Source: Nemertoderma westbladi (lineage: Eukaryota > Animalia > Xenacoelomorpha). Taken from it: a stretch of 64,000 bases of DNA. Positions within the stretch are counted from its first letter, which is position 1; each line of letters opens with the position of its first letter. The notes below the pieces were generated by a model. That model was not told the origin of the DNA. It saw only the letters and a program-made list of their open reading frames with translations, and did not search any database. The DNA is taken from positions 1 through 64,000 of the forward strand of contig JAUCBJ010001804.1 of the NCBI GenBank assembly GCA_032718475.1, given 5' to 3'. Positions 47,677-60,000 of the stretch are shown in pieces. A program made the translations under genes and the position numbers.

Positions 47677-49686
47677 TTTACCATTTCTTAAAGGTCTTAT
47701 TGATAGAATGGAGAAACTACCGTTCTATTGGTCGCTATACTTTTAGGCCTACGCTAATTTTGCAGTTTTCTGGGCTGCAAGGCCTGTTAGTAAAGGTCGC
47801 CTTGCTCTGTACCTAGCTAGCGTCTCTTTGCCCAACCATATAAATCACACCGCGGCAAAGTATACGAGCCCCTTAGTCCGTCAGTGAGTCAGCCTGATTT
47901 TAGGATTCGCTGCGTGGGATTTTGTTTTATCGAAGTTTGTCTGCTCGTAGACTGTTTTCTGCCTCACCGGTTATAAGAGATCGATACTGCAATATATTCG
48001 CTTACTTAGAGTTTACTGTTTTGGTGAGAAGGTCGGATTTATGATTTGATTCACAAACTTTACAGTAGGATATTGCAGGTATTGTTACCGTCTCTTCCAT
48101 ATAGTAGGATTTGTTGGACCAATGATATAATCATTGCGTCATACCTATATTTTGTCAGTGTACCTCAGTATACTTCAGTTTATGTCAGTGTATATCTGTA
48201 CACCAGTATAGCGGTACTATACACGTGTTAGTTGGTTTTAATGTTTTTTGATCTTCTTGCTTGTCGTTTTTATGTTAATTCTGCTAATGCTGTAAATTGC
48301 AAATACGTATTTCTGCTGTTATGCCTGCATGATTAAGACTTTTAATAATGATTACTGCTTAGATTGACTTTTGATTTCCTTAATCTTTGCGATGTAGCAA
48401 ATCCTAACAAGGATTTTCCCTTTCAACTGTCAGACTGTTTGTTAATCATGCGCCGATACGGTAACTATTCGCTTTAGCCTGACGGGCTAAGGGTACCGGT
48501 AGGCGTAGTGGGCGCACTGTGGAAGCGACGGAAGGAGGAGTGGAGGATCCAATGTGGGGCAATGCTGGCGGGGGCCAGTAGTTGTGGTCGGGCAAATAAA
48601 AGTAGAGGAGGACCGGTCGTCATTACGGCTTTTAGGGGCTGGCGGACAAGATTTTGTCTCAGTATTGTTTGGCTGTAGCACTGTTTTAATGGGTTTAGCT
48701 ACGAAGACCACATTTAGCTTGGGTGGCCTTGGCTTTTTACACTAGTGCTATGCCAGTGCTACAAACGCCACTAACACTGTTAATGTATTGGTGGTTTACT
48801 GTTGTAAACGCTGCTTTATATTGTGTTGTTTAGAAAGTGCCTGATCCTTGTTTGTGATGTTTAGATAGGTGCTATTCTCTTGATTGTTTCTATTTCTAAT
48901 TTATGCTTGTTAATTGCTGTCAGGTCAAATAATACAGTATTTAGACTGTTGCTAGTATAACTCAGTAGCGTAATTAATTAGTAATACTCATTCTGGAATA
49001 CTTAGTAATCAGTATGCAACTCTGTGTATTTGAGACACTGTAAATTTACTTTAGCACTTGGAATAAAATTAAGAGTTTGTACGCAGCATAGCGGAGAATA
49101 GTTTGGGTAGATTACGTTTAGAAATACTTTAGGATATTCGACGCTAGGCGATTATTTGAAAGTAGCGGGTCAGCAGGTTAACAGCGGTACCGGTAGCTAG
49201 GGTAGCGCAGTAGTGATATCGCTGAGTTAAATCAGCGCAAGGTCAAAGTTTCGGCATTAGGAAATTAATACCCCACCTTTTGCATATTAAAATATTATCA
49301 CATTCAACATTGTTCCACCCAGCAAACTGCCTGTATTTCTCTGTGGAAATAAGTGAACGCCGAGTGCTAAGTCACCCGCACTCATATTAAGTAGCTTAGG
49401 AAGTCAAATCGGATTTATTGTTTTGGTTGTTCTGTTTGGCTTATAAATTAGAACGATTAGCTCTCTTTTGGGATTTCGACAGAGAAAGGAACATTTATGA
49501 TTGGCAGAGCCGTACGCAGTTTAACAACTACCCCTATGTTCAATATGTAATTACCCAGTATTGCCCATTTTAGTGGTGAGGTGCTTGGACTGATTCCCAA
49601 CTAAGCTAGGCAATAGCAAACTTGCCTATGCATGAGGGAGCTGGAAGTATAGAATGACAGGGTATTTTAATAACTTATAATGTCAA

Positions 49687-50514
49687 TAGGGTTGGTGCGC
49701 GGAAAAATTGTTGGGCTAGAAACAATCGAATAAGGGGTAACAAGGTGCCCTGAATCGAGTGGCAGGTGTGTTTTTTGTAAAAACACGAGGAAATGGTCTA
49801 TATGGATGGCGGGTTTAAGTAAGCCCGGGATGCCAATTTTGAAAATCGGCTGCAATTGGCTACTACATATTTGACGTCACTACGCAGTGACCTGAGAATT
49901 TCTTATATTGGTTTCTATGGAGGATGGTGATATTAGATTCATTCAAATATGCATTTAATCTCGCAATAATTTCATATGTATATTATATCAATTGAAAGCG
50001 GAGAGTCATGCGCGTCTTTTGTTACTACAATTAATTAAATTAATGATGTTGAACATTGATAAAATGAATCAATTCACAATTATTTCGCAGATTGCCTAAC
50101 CTGAATGCAAGTAATACTGAACCACTCAGTCCTATCCACCTATTGCGTTGCAGTATTGCTGTATTGCAGCTTTAAGTTCATTGAGTTGAATTGTGTACCG
50201 GTCAGCTGTAGCGTAAGAGTGATACATCGGTAGGTTTACTCAACCAAATGGTCATGTATTTGATTGAATCTAATTTCACCCTCCATAGAAACCAATATAA
50301 GAAATCATCGCACACTGCATAGTGAGGTCAAATATGTAGCAGGCAATCAACAGCGGTTTTTCAAAATTATTTTCCCGGGCTTACTTAAACCTGCCATTTC
50401 GACCGTTTCCTCTTGTTTTTACAAAAAAACACACACCGCCACTCGATTCAGGGCACCTTTTTACCTCTTATTCGATTGTTTTTAGCCCAACAATTTTTTC
50501 ACACACCAACCCTA
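49687..50514. mobile_element. MITE with ~250-bp imperfect TIRs
   Basis: TAGGGTTGGTGCGCGGAAAAATTGTTGGGCTA... and its reverse complement ending CCAACCCTA, flanked by tcaa and ttaa. Confidence 0.75.
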
Positions 50515-50679
50515 TTAAAGTTTAGATCAATTAAAAACACATTTCTTAAAGCAAATCACTTGAACTAATTAAAAACTATAATGGAATGGGGTATGGGGAT
50601 TACAGCTGTATAATTTTTAAGTATAATTATTTATATCTTATACAGTACTATAAAATAATTAATTTCCATTAAACGGCAG

Positions 50680-53600
50680 GTTCAAAATGCCAACCTATGG
50701 GAGTGCTACATGCGTAAGGGTTGTCCGCTGTTATAACAGATGGGCGTGTCTGCCATACTTGATGCAAGTTAAACTGGTCTGTCCCAATTAACATCGCAAT
50801 TGAGCGATAATTAACAGGACATTCTTGTATTCCAAGATGTCGGAAATACTTACGGTCTTCCGGTGATTGCTCTGGCACAGGGCCGAGCAGGTTACTAAAG
50901 TCCTTTGTAGCTGCAAAGGTCAAATTCCTTACCAGAAGTAGTGAGCATTCCTCCTTGCTGTGTTCCGCTTTGGAAAGAAGAGTATCTAAGGTTAATTTTA
51001 CTCTAGTCACAAGTATTGCTCTTTTACCATGCATGCTGCTAACAGTGTACAGAGCAGTCTTACCTTGACTCATGTCCATAACTACATCGGCTATTTGTTA
51101 ATCGACGTAACTATGTGGCGACGCAGAGTCCAGGAATAGCCTATATAGGCTTGCTCCCTCGGGTTCCGGTAATCTTTATAGGTATCACTCTAAACCCTTT
51201 CAATTGGTTCTGTGTGAGAAGTGTTATATATGGTTGTTCTTCTCCTGCATGCATGCAAAAGGTGTCATCTTCCTCCTCATCCTCATCCAACGATCCTGAT
51301 TGGTCCATGCAGTCGGTATAGAAGGTATGGATTTCGCGCGGTGTGCGCTCTTTATAAAGCAACTCACATCTAGCCGCTTTATAGGGATACTCTCGTCGAA
51401 AGCGCTTAGTCGGAGTATGACTAGTTGTGTGGAATAACGCGTCATGGTTATGTCCACATAGAGGACACGTGTCATCGTTTGGGCAGTCCTTCCAGACGTA
51501 TCCAGGCATAGTACATCTCCGACAAGAATTCAACGGGCGAATCTGGAGTCTTCTTTCCTCAACTCCTAAATCTTTAAAAGCACGACATCCGCATAGTTTG
51601 TGTCCGCTATATTTTCTGCCGTTCCGCTCGCAGTATGGGCATCCATTAAAATCCGCCAGCAACTGTTTGGAAATTGTTTGGTCCGATTCGGTGCAGCTAT
51701 AGCTTTTCCTTCTGCCGCTATATGGTGGTCCGTATAGTTAGACCTGGTCTCAACCACAGCCTCTCGCGAAATTAGTTGGTAAACGGCGGTAAGTTTCAGT
51801 AGCCCGCCAGTCTCTTAATGCTGGTACTCTATCCATCGCCATTCTCGGCGTAACCGATGATGGAGTCTACCGATGATCCTAATTAGAACTGTCAGCACGT
51901 TGGCGTACTCGAGTTGACCGATGGACCGTAAAGTCCCTATAGCGTTCTCGATTTCGTCCGCGAGTCGTAGAAGATCGATTGGTTTCAAAATGGGTCCGCC
52001 TCTTCAGAGGTCTTCTATAATGGATTTAGCCATGGCTACGTTACCGCCGTAAATGGAAAACAAGCGGTCGTATGCCTACTCGAAAGCGTTCGGAACACCA
52101 ATAAAGGTCTCCGCTAATCTTTTCGGCTCACCAGATAGAACCTGGAGCAAGTAATTAAACTTCTCCGTCGAGGTGAAGGCACACATAGCGATCTGGGACT
52201 CTACGTAGTCTACCAGCGTACGCCAGTGTTTCGCGTTGCCAGAAAATTTCGGCGGTTGTTGTGCTGGCAATCCGTGTCTGGCTGCAAACTTAGCAATCTC
52301 GTTGACTAAGTCCAACTGTCCGCGTCCATATTCGGTAATAGCGTCCAGTCGTTCCCGTCCGTGTGTGGTTCGTCGGTACGAGATGTTAATGGGATATGTG
52401 GTCTAGGTTGTTCCAACTCCATGATGGTCCGTGATCGATCCGATGATTGCGCTTCGAGTCGCTCTTCGAGTTGAGCCAATCGGTCCGCCATCTCAGTAAA
52501 CTGTTTGGCACTAATCGCTTCCGCTGCTTGCAATGTGGGTTTCTGAATGGGTGTTTCTCGCGGGGGGTTGTCAATGTACGGATTCATAAATCTTTTCTCC
52601 CATTTGTAATCGCCACCAACCGCTTCAGTATGGAATATTTCCCGTTCCATCGACTCTGTATCGCTAGATGAATTGCTATCGCTGTCGTCCGGATAAGGTG
52701 GTTGGCGGGTTCGCGTCCGGCGTGTTAATTTCATTGGTCACATTCGCCTTTGTTTGGCTTTTACAGTTCTTCATCGTTCGGTAGGCTCGCATGCCTTCTA
52801 CGAAGTCGTAGGTCTCGATAAGCTCCATTCTAACTTGTGGGCACTACCCACAAAGTTAGTCCATTGTGGTTTGGTAGGCTCGCAAGCCTTCCGCGAAGGC
52901 ATAGGTTTCATTGCGCAATGTGTCAAAAGTCGAGTAAAGCAGTCAGGTTTAATCGTAGTTGGTCTGTAAATGACTGGGTTCGCGCAGCACGTTACAGGTT
53001 TAACTGGTAACAGCTTACTTACCTGCTTGACTGTCATAAACATGGGTTCGTCTCTTCCTACGAGTAAACTACGGCTTACTGTAGGTGGACTACTTACCTT
53101 ACCTGCTAAAATCGGCGATGATGTCGCTCGTGGTTACAGGATTGATTCCGACATAACAAACCTGTGACATTGCATTAAATGCACAGGTGATATCTCCTTT
53201 AGCTTTATGACTACGATCGGTTTCGCTGGAACCGTAGGTTTGATCATGGGAATAACTTGAGGAAAACGTTTACAGTAATCCTCATCGAACTCCTCTCCTC
53301 TATCTATTGCTCCCACGCTCCCTGCCTTGATTCGCTTCTGGATTTCACGATATTGAGCCTCCATATGGTCCAATACAGACAAGTCTAGTCCAGCTCAAGT
53401 TCTTATAGATCTATCTCTCGCGTCGAGTTCGAGATCCTCTCGCGCGTTCGCTAACACTCGTGATCTACGATTTAGTTCGAACTGGAGCTGCATTTCTCTC
53501 TCGCATCGGTCTGCCTCTTGTTGTTGTGCTGCTAATTCCGCTTCCTGAATGGCTAATCGAGATTTTATTTGTTGCGCCTCCAACTGAGCATGAGCGTCAG

Positions 53601-56270
53601 ATGCTGCTTTCTTCCGTGCTAACTCGTCTGCTGCTGCAGCTGCCGCGGCTTCTCGCGCTAAGTCCTCTTCCAATCTTCACATCTCCGAGCCCTCGAATTC
53701 AGCTTGGGCCTGAAGTTTTGCGATTTTTGCCTTGTCTTCCCTTCGTTGTTTCTCTCCTTCGATAGCAACTTGTGCCATCTGCTGTTGCGCTTCTTCCTCG
53801 GCGACTTGTTGTCAGCATGCGACCTCTTGTTATTGTCGAGTTATCACTGACGTCGTCCTACTAACGTCACCAACGTTGCTCCGTATGCTATCCAACGGTG
53901 GAATAGGGTAGGCTCGCAAGCCTTCCGTAGCTAGAACTTCCGTTGTCCCTTGCAGTTTGACTTCCACTTCTTCGATCAGTACGCTGCTTCTATGAAGAAA
54001 ATTGGTGAGCGTTTCTAACCTCCCATCTAGGCAATATAGTTCTTGTTCCTCTTCGGGTTGCAACAATGCGTCGGAAGCAGACTCACCCATCAGTTGATCG
54101 AGTTGCTCTCTCTAAGCTGTGAGGCTTTCCCTCGCACTTATCAACTTATCGATTATTTTTACTTGCGTAAAGTTGTCGCCACACAACTCTGCGAGTTTGT
54201 GTAACCCTTTAAGTTTATCTATGGAGGCATGTACCATAATTTCTATCCTTACCTGTAAGGTGTAGAATTCGTATCTCGACATCGGGGCGATTAATTCGCA
54301 CAAATCCGAAAACCTTCTCCGAAATTTTGAGAAATCTGGGCCATGTGTCCTCCTATACTCCTAATAATGTTCTCTTGCCTTCCAGCCAAACTTACCATGT
54401 CCGGTTCCCACGATCTGGTCTGAGGGACAGTAAGGAAGTCTTCGGTTCTACCATCGCCACGCATTACAGCTGCCGGTATTTCCGTTCGTGGTACCGGTGA
54501 TGCACGTGGTATGACATCGGTAGAATCACGAGTCCTCCTTCTTGGGTTGTCTACTGTTGATCTGTCTGGGTCATGTGAGTCATAGTCGGTGGGTGGGTAT
54601 TGAGTCGAGTGTGGTATATCACTCATGTCTGTTATATACGTCAAGTACGGGTAATAAATGTCAAAGTGTCAAAATGTCAAACTGTCAAACTTACCTCGGT
54701 ACATATATACTATATATATACCCTAACTGGTACAAATAAAATCAAAAGTATATAATAAAATAATAATAATTCAGCCTACCGGTTAAATCTGTACGAATAA
54801 GTGAGATAGCGGTATACACTACCAAAATGTAGATCAAGTACAAATAATAGGCAAAACAGCATTGTCTAAGGGAAATAAGTAACAACAAACACACTAATTA
54901 GACAGTGGAACCCACAAATTTTGAGTACTACTGTGCTCTATGTTTGAATGACACGAGTCATAAAACTTACGTTCCTTTGATCTTCCAGTCGTACAAATTC
55001 CCAGATACAAACCGGATGAGAACTGATCCGTTTCCAGTGTTGCGGACGAATTTTGTGTCTCCCAAACTTGCTAAAAACGGCCTAATCCCTCGAGGCGGTC
55101 CAGAAATGAGTCCTTGAGTCCTGAAAATCGAAGGTGAGAGTTTTACTAACTACTCTACAAAAATATTTTCCTAGGTACCAATACAAATTGGTCTTTAAAA
55201 CTTACATTACCTTTTCAAGTACCGAAAAATAATACTGCACACACACGGTGTAAAACAAATAATTACAAACTAACTAACTATCTACAGCTAGCCAAATACG
55301 AAATTACTAGCTAACACATACGAATACTACTCCTACTAAATATTTAATAAGAGTATCTCCTACTTTTAGATCCTCTTCAATGCGGTCTACTCTACAATTT
55401 ACCAATCTACAAATACTGAACTGTAGAATATCTCCTACTGAAAAGTGCGAAACGCTCTTTTCAGGGCGTACAGATCTAAACGATACTATACAAATTTATA
55501 TAGTATCTCCTACTTTAAGATCCTCTTCAATAGGGTCAAATCTACAATTTACCAATCTACGAATACTGAACTGTAGAATATATCCTACTGAAAAGTCCAG
55601 TAGTATACCGCCTACCGGATCCTAGTAACGATGTACCTTACTATAGAATCTAGTAGTGTATATGAGCTCATACAGTATCTGACAATAAATCCCAGTCCAG
55701 GGTGTCTAAATAAACAGATACTAAGTACGCAAAGTACTACTGGCGAGGGACGGAGCCTGATGTCTATTCTAATACGTGGGTGCGTCAAATGCCCGGTCAA
55801 ACTAGACAAAACAGGATACCCAACCTCTAACCGGTGAGGCAGATGTACAGTCTACAGTGACAGACCAAACTCACGGGAAAACAATACCCGCACAGTGAAT
55901 CCTAACTATCGCTAATGGACCTAAATACTGTAAACTTGCCGCGGTGTGATTTATATGGTTTATATACGAGCTAGTGGATCAGCAGACTAGCGTAACAATA
56001 CTGCTAACAGGGAAATAGAAGTCAAAAGGGGTGTATGCCTTCTAAAATACTTGCCGTAAAACTAAATACTAAATATCTCCTAAAATAACAAACTACAAAT
56101 AATAGAACTGCAGAATAAATCCTACTGAAAAGTAACCTAATGTAAATCAGTAGCTAGTAGGTTTCAAAGGGGGTGTATGTTTTAGGACATGGGTGTGTGT
56201 GTGTGTTACGAATAAAACAATATTGGTGTATCGCCATTATACTAGGTTTTAGTGATTTTAATCAAAACAA
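50680..56270 (-). mobile_element. Decayed, truncated relative of element B (element C: partial 5' LTR, leader, gag-protease pseudogene)
   Basis: Many ORF fragments are collinear with the B Gag/PR (MSDIPH..TDYDS from 54626, RGDGRTEDFLTVPQ, EIAKFAAR.GLP.QQPPKFSG, LTFAATKDFSNLLGPVPEQS). Shared LTR motif accatataaatcacaccgcggcaa at about 55935-55960. Confidence 0.9.
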
Positions 56271-56279
56271 TACTACAGT

Positions 56280-57093
56280 ACTACTACTAGGATCGGCATG
56301 CTGCATTGCAGGTGCATTTTTAAGAATGCTGTGCCGGCTTGTCAACAAAATTGTGCCACAACTCCCTATCACCCATGACATTTGCTAGATCATCCACATC
56401 ATCAAGGCCAGTGTCCTTTAAGATGCGTCTCAAGAAATTCATGGGCTGTCCACCATGCTTATTCACTCCATGAGGATGCCAAAGTACAAGATTATGCACT
56501 GGCTGGTCCTCACGGCGAAAGCAATGTCCTGCAAAGCGGAGGCGATTTTGTTCTAGTGTCAAGCTTGGGGGAACCAATGAGACACCTCCAATGTTATATA
56601 GTGTCTGGTTGGAGATGCGTGCATTGTACTTGACACAATGAACCCGGCGTAGCATTCTTGTGAATGGGCCACCAAGAGATTTGGTGTCCTCAGCAGTTAG
56701 AGCCCAGCATGGACTCCCGAAGAGGAGTACTGGAACTACTGCTGTTCTAAATAATCGGACCTTAAGTTTCCGATTAATTCTCGGTGACTTCCAAATCCTG
56801 GAAAGCCTATTCAAGGCTGCCCATGCCTTTCCCTTACGTATTCGAAGGTCCTCACCTGACTTCCGGATCCATGATCCCAGGTAACAGAAGTCATCCACAT
56901 GCTCAAGCATACCATCCTTTGAGCTTATGCTCATCCGATTAGAGACTTGCTGAGGACTTTCAAAGTTAACTGTCAAAATTTTGGTCTTTCTGGAGTTAAT
57001 AAAAAGACCAACACTAGAAGCAGCATGTTCTAATGAGCTGAGGAGCCGTTGGGCTCCCTCTAATGATTCTGAGAGTACTCCTAAGTCATCCGC
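56280..57093 (-). mobile_element. 5'-truncated RTE-like LINE (RT C-terminal half)
   Basis: ADDLGVLS...SVGLFINSRKTKIL, VDDFCYLGSWI, KAWAALNRLSRIWKS, RLRFAGHCFRR, with a (TAG)n tail. Confidence 0.85.
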
Positions 57094-60000
57094 CGACTCC
57101 TCCTCTGGACAACATATCTGCCGGGTTTAACTCTGTAGGGCAGTAATGCCAACTATCCAACTTAGTCGTTTCTTTAATTTCTGCTGCACGGTTGGCAACA
57201 TAGGTTTTAAACCTGCGTGATTCATTTTGAATATAATGGATGACAGTTGTAGAATCCGTCCAATAATGAGCAGGTCCAGGCATTCGTAATGCGAGTTTAA
57301 TTTGTCGTAGTATTCGAGTCCCTAAAAGTGCTGCCATAAGCTCCAAACGTGGTGTACGAACTATTTTCAAAGGAGCAGCCCTAGCTTTACTATAAGCCAG
57401 TCTTGTATCTCGTCTTCCTTCAGTCTGGGCAAGTTATACAGCAGCGCCATAACCTTCATCTGAAGCGTCGCTAAACACATGTGCCTCAATCGCTTTCAAA
57501 ACTCCATCAGAGAAATATGGCCTGGGGATACTTACACGCTCCAGCTGTCGCAAACTATTTATCCATGCCTCCCATCGGGTTTGGATATACTCTGGAAGGT
57601 ATTCTTCCCAACCTACCTGCAGAATGTAAACTTCTCTCAGAATCTGCCTACCAACCAGCGTAATGGGTGCGAGCAGGCCAAGTGGGTCATATATCCTCGC
57701 AATGAAGGATAAATAAGAACGTTTGGTATATAAAATGGTGTCAGTAGATTCCAAGACATATTCAAAGGTATCAAGTGGCCGATTCCACAATATACCTAAA
57801 GCCCTGGATTCTCAACTGTCCGACATACCTTTAAGAATGGGTTCCCTAGACTCAACAATGCCACTGGGAAGGTCGCGGTTTTCATTGCAACCTTTTGACA
57901 GATCCTCTGATCCAATTGGACTCACAATTTGATCAGACATAACCTTCATGAAGGTTTCAGAATTTGATATGAACTTATGTAATTTGAAACCACCCTTCTG
58001 AAGGCAATCTCTCGCTCCTTTAGCCATAATTATAATTTCAGTTTCCGTATTCTTGGAAGCCATGCCATCATCGACATAAAAATCATTTGTAATCATGTCC
58101 CTCACCTCTGCCGTACAAGTATCAGCCTGATCAATGGGAACTTGTCTCATCGACATTGTAGTGGTGCAAGATGAATCTTTATCCCCAAACATGTGCACCA
58201 GCATTTTAAAAACAGTTACTGGTACCTTTTCATCAAGGTTGTCTTCCTCACACCAGAGGAAACGAAGGCTCTCTGTATCTTCTGGATACACCTTCACCTG
58301 GTGGAACATTGCTTCCACGTCACACGTAAATGCAAAAATCCCACTCCTAAATCTCAATAAAACATCAAGACCAGTATTGAAAATATTTGGCCCTTCAACT
58401 AAATAATCATTAAGACTCCGGCCTAAATAGGTCGCTGCCGCATCATTAACCAGGCGTATCTTTCACATTCGTATTTCGTATTCGTATTTGCTCTTCCCAT
58501 ACTACATGTAGAGGAAGATAACAAGTTCTAGAAGGTTCTGGTGTTCCCACTGGAACCCTTACCGCCCATCCTTTATCCAGATACTTTTCAATGATAGCCT
58601 GAATAGCTGCGTGTCGTCCCGGTATTTTATGAACCTTTTGCCTAAGTTTCCTTAATCGATTCTCTACCATCGTTCTATTGTTTATTAAATGTTCCCCGGG
58701 ATTTTTCCATAACATTTTAGTTTGATAATGACCATCAACAAAACGAATTGAATCTTTTATAGTCTGTAAAGCTCTATTATCCTCTGGAGAGTTTGCCAAA
58801 GTTGAATCGTAAAGCCCCTCACAATCTTGGTTGAAAAGGGATTCCAGATCTCGTTCGGTTCCAACATAATGAACTGACCCAGTCTTTACTTAATGGTGAC
58901 ATAGCAAGCTGTCAGAATCCACATGATTCGTTACTGCAGCTGCATTGGCTTCTTCTTTTGGCAGGGTACATTTTGGCTGAATTATTGGATCCGTTTGAGT
59001 AACAGAATTTATAGGACCCATTACCACCCATCCAAATGGTGTTCGTTCTGCTTTGGGCATATCCAGTTCACTTCCCCATCTTTCCTCAAATACTCGGTGG
59101 GCTAATAAATTATCTACCCCAATTAGTACAGTAACTTTAGGGATATCTACAGGTGGATTTTCAAACAATATATTTTGTAAGTGCGAGTATCATCGAACTT
59201 CTGTTTCATTAGGACTCGACCCAATAACTCCCAGATTTGGAAATACTGTTGCATTAGATACTTTCATCGAAAAACTATTTCCTTTATGTACTGAGTTAAA
59301 TTGACAGCTCACCATGGTGGCGGTTGTATTTGTATGTTCATTTCTCAAAGTTGCTAAATCTAAATTATACTTTTCTCCCTTAAGATTTAATCTATCACTC
59401 ACTTCCTTATCAATTAGGGTTAAGGTAGATCCAAGATCTAAAAGGGCATATGTACTTACCCCTTTGTTACCCGAACATTGATGGGGACAATTTTTAAATA
59501 AACCTTCCCCAGATTTACAGTCATACAAATCTCTGAGTGAGCTGTCAAGTTATTTATTTTAGCCAGGGAATTATCCACCTTGGAAATATTATCTACATTT
59601 TGATTTCTTTCCTGTTCGGGTTTAATACTAAAGGCATCCATTCTTTGCCTCTGATACTCTATGGGGCCACAATCCTGAGCATTGTTTCTGAAATCACTAG
59701 ACCCACTCCTGCGGTCTCCAGTTGCTGGGGACCTAGATACACTGCGATTTGGAGTCCACCTTCTAGAATTCCACCGGTTGAAACAGTTTCGGCCAATATG
59801 TCCAGTGGAGAGGCAAAAACGGCACAATCTGTTCTCCCTTATGTAATCCCATTGCGGTGCACTCCGCCACTGATCACACTCAACCGTCGTATGAGAGTTA
59901 TTGTTTGGATGAAGATGACATCGTGAGTTTAAATTACAAATATTCAAATTCGATCTCTGGTTAGAATGTTCCGTACGAGAATTCGATGGTGATTGTTCAC

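Larger units (their letters stand above)
43800..47804 (+). mobile_element. P-superfamily (THAP) DNA transposon, 4005 bp
   Basis: ~62-bp TIRs CAAGGCGACCTTTACTAACAGGCCTTGCAGCCC... with 2 mismatches and 8-bp TSD CTCTGTAC (43792-43799 and 47805-47812). Absent from the 5' LTR. Confidence 0.95.
27168..48103 (+). mobile_element. Full-length BEL/Pao LTR retrotransposon (element B), inactivated copy
   Basis: Two near-identical LTRs, GTAGG TSD (27163-27167 and 48104-48108), Gag-PR-RT-RH-IN order with BEL-type motifs, and purine-rich GGAGCGG before the 3' LTR. Confidence 0.95.
42195..48103 (+). repeat. 3' LTR of element B, interrupted by a P-like transposon
   Basis: Collinear with the 5' LTR on both sides of 43800-47804. 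Confidence 0.92.
26679..49526 (+). mobile_element. Solo LTR (~1.9 kb) split into 26679-27167 and 48109-49526 by element B
   Basis: ACTAC|TGTTACG ... TTTAACA|ACTAC: TGT..ACA ends with a 5-bp TSD (26674-26678 and 49527-49531). CCAAT/TATA-like promoter sequence continues across the insertion point. Confidence 0.75.

Noticed and set aside
48487-48745. Small ORFs on both strands in a GC-rich part of the solo LTR
   Set aside because: Short, GTG starts and no motifs. They cannot be supported without conservation data.
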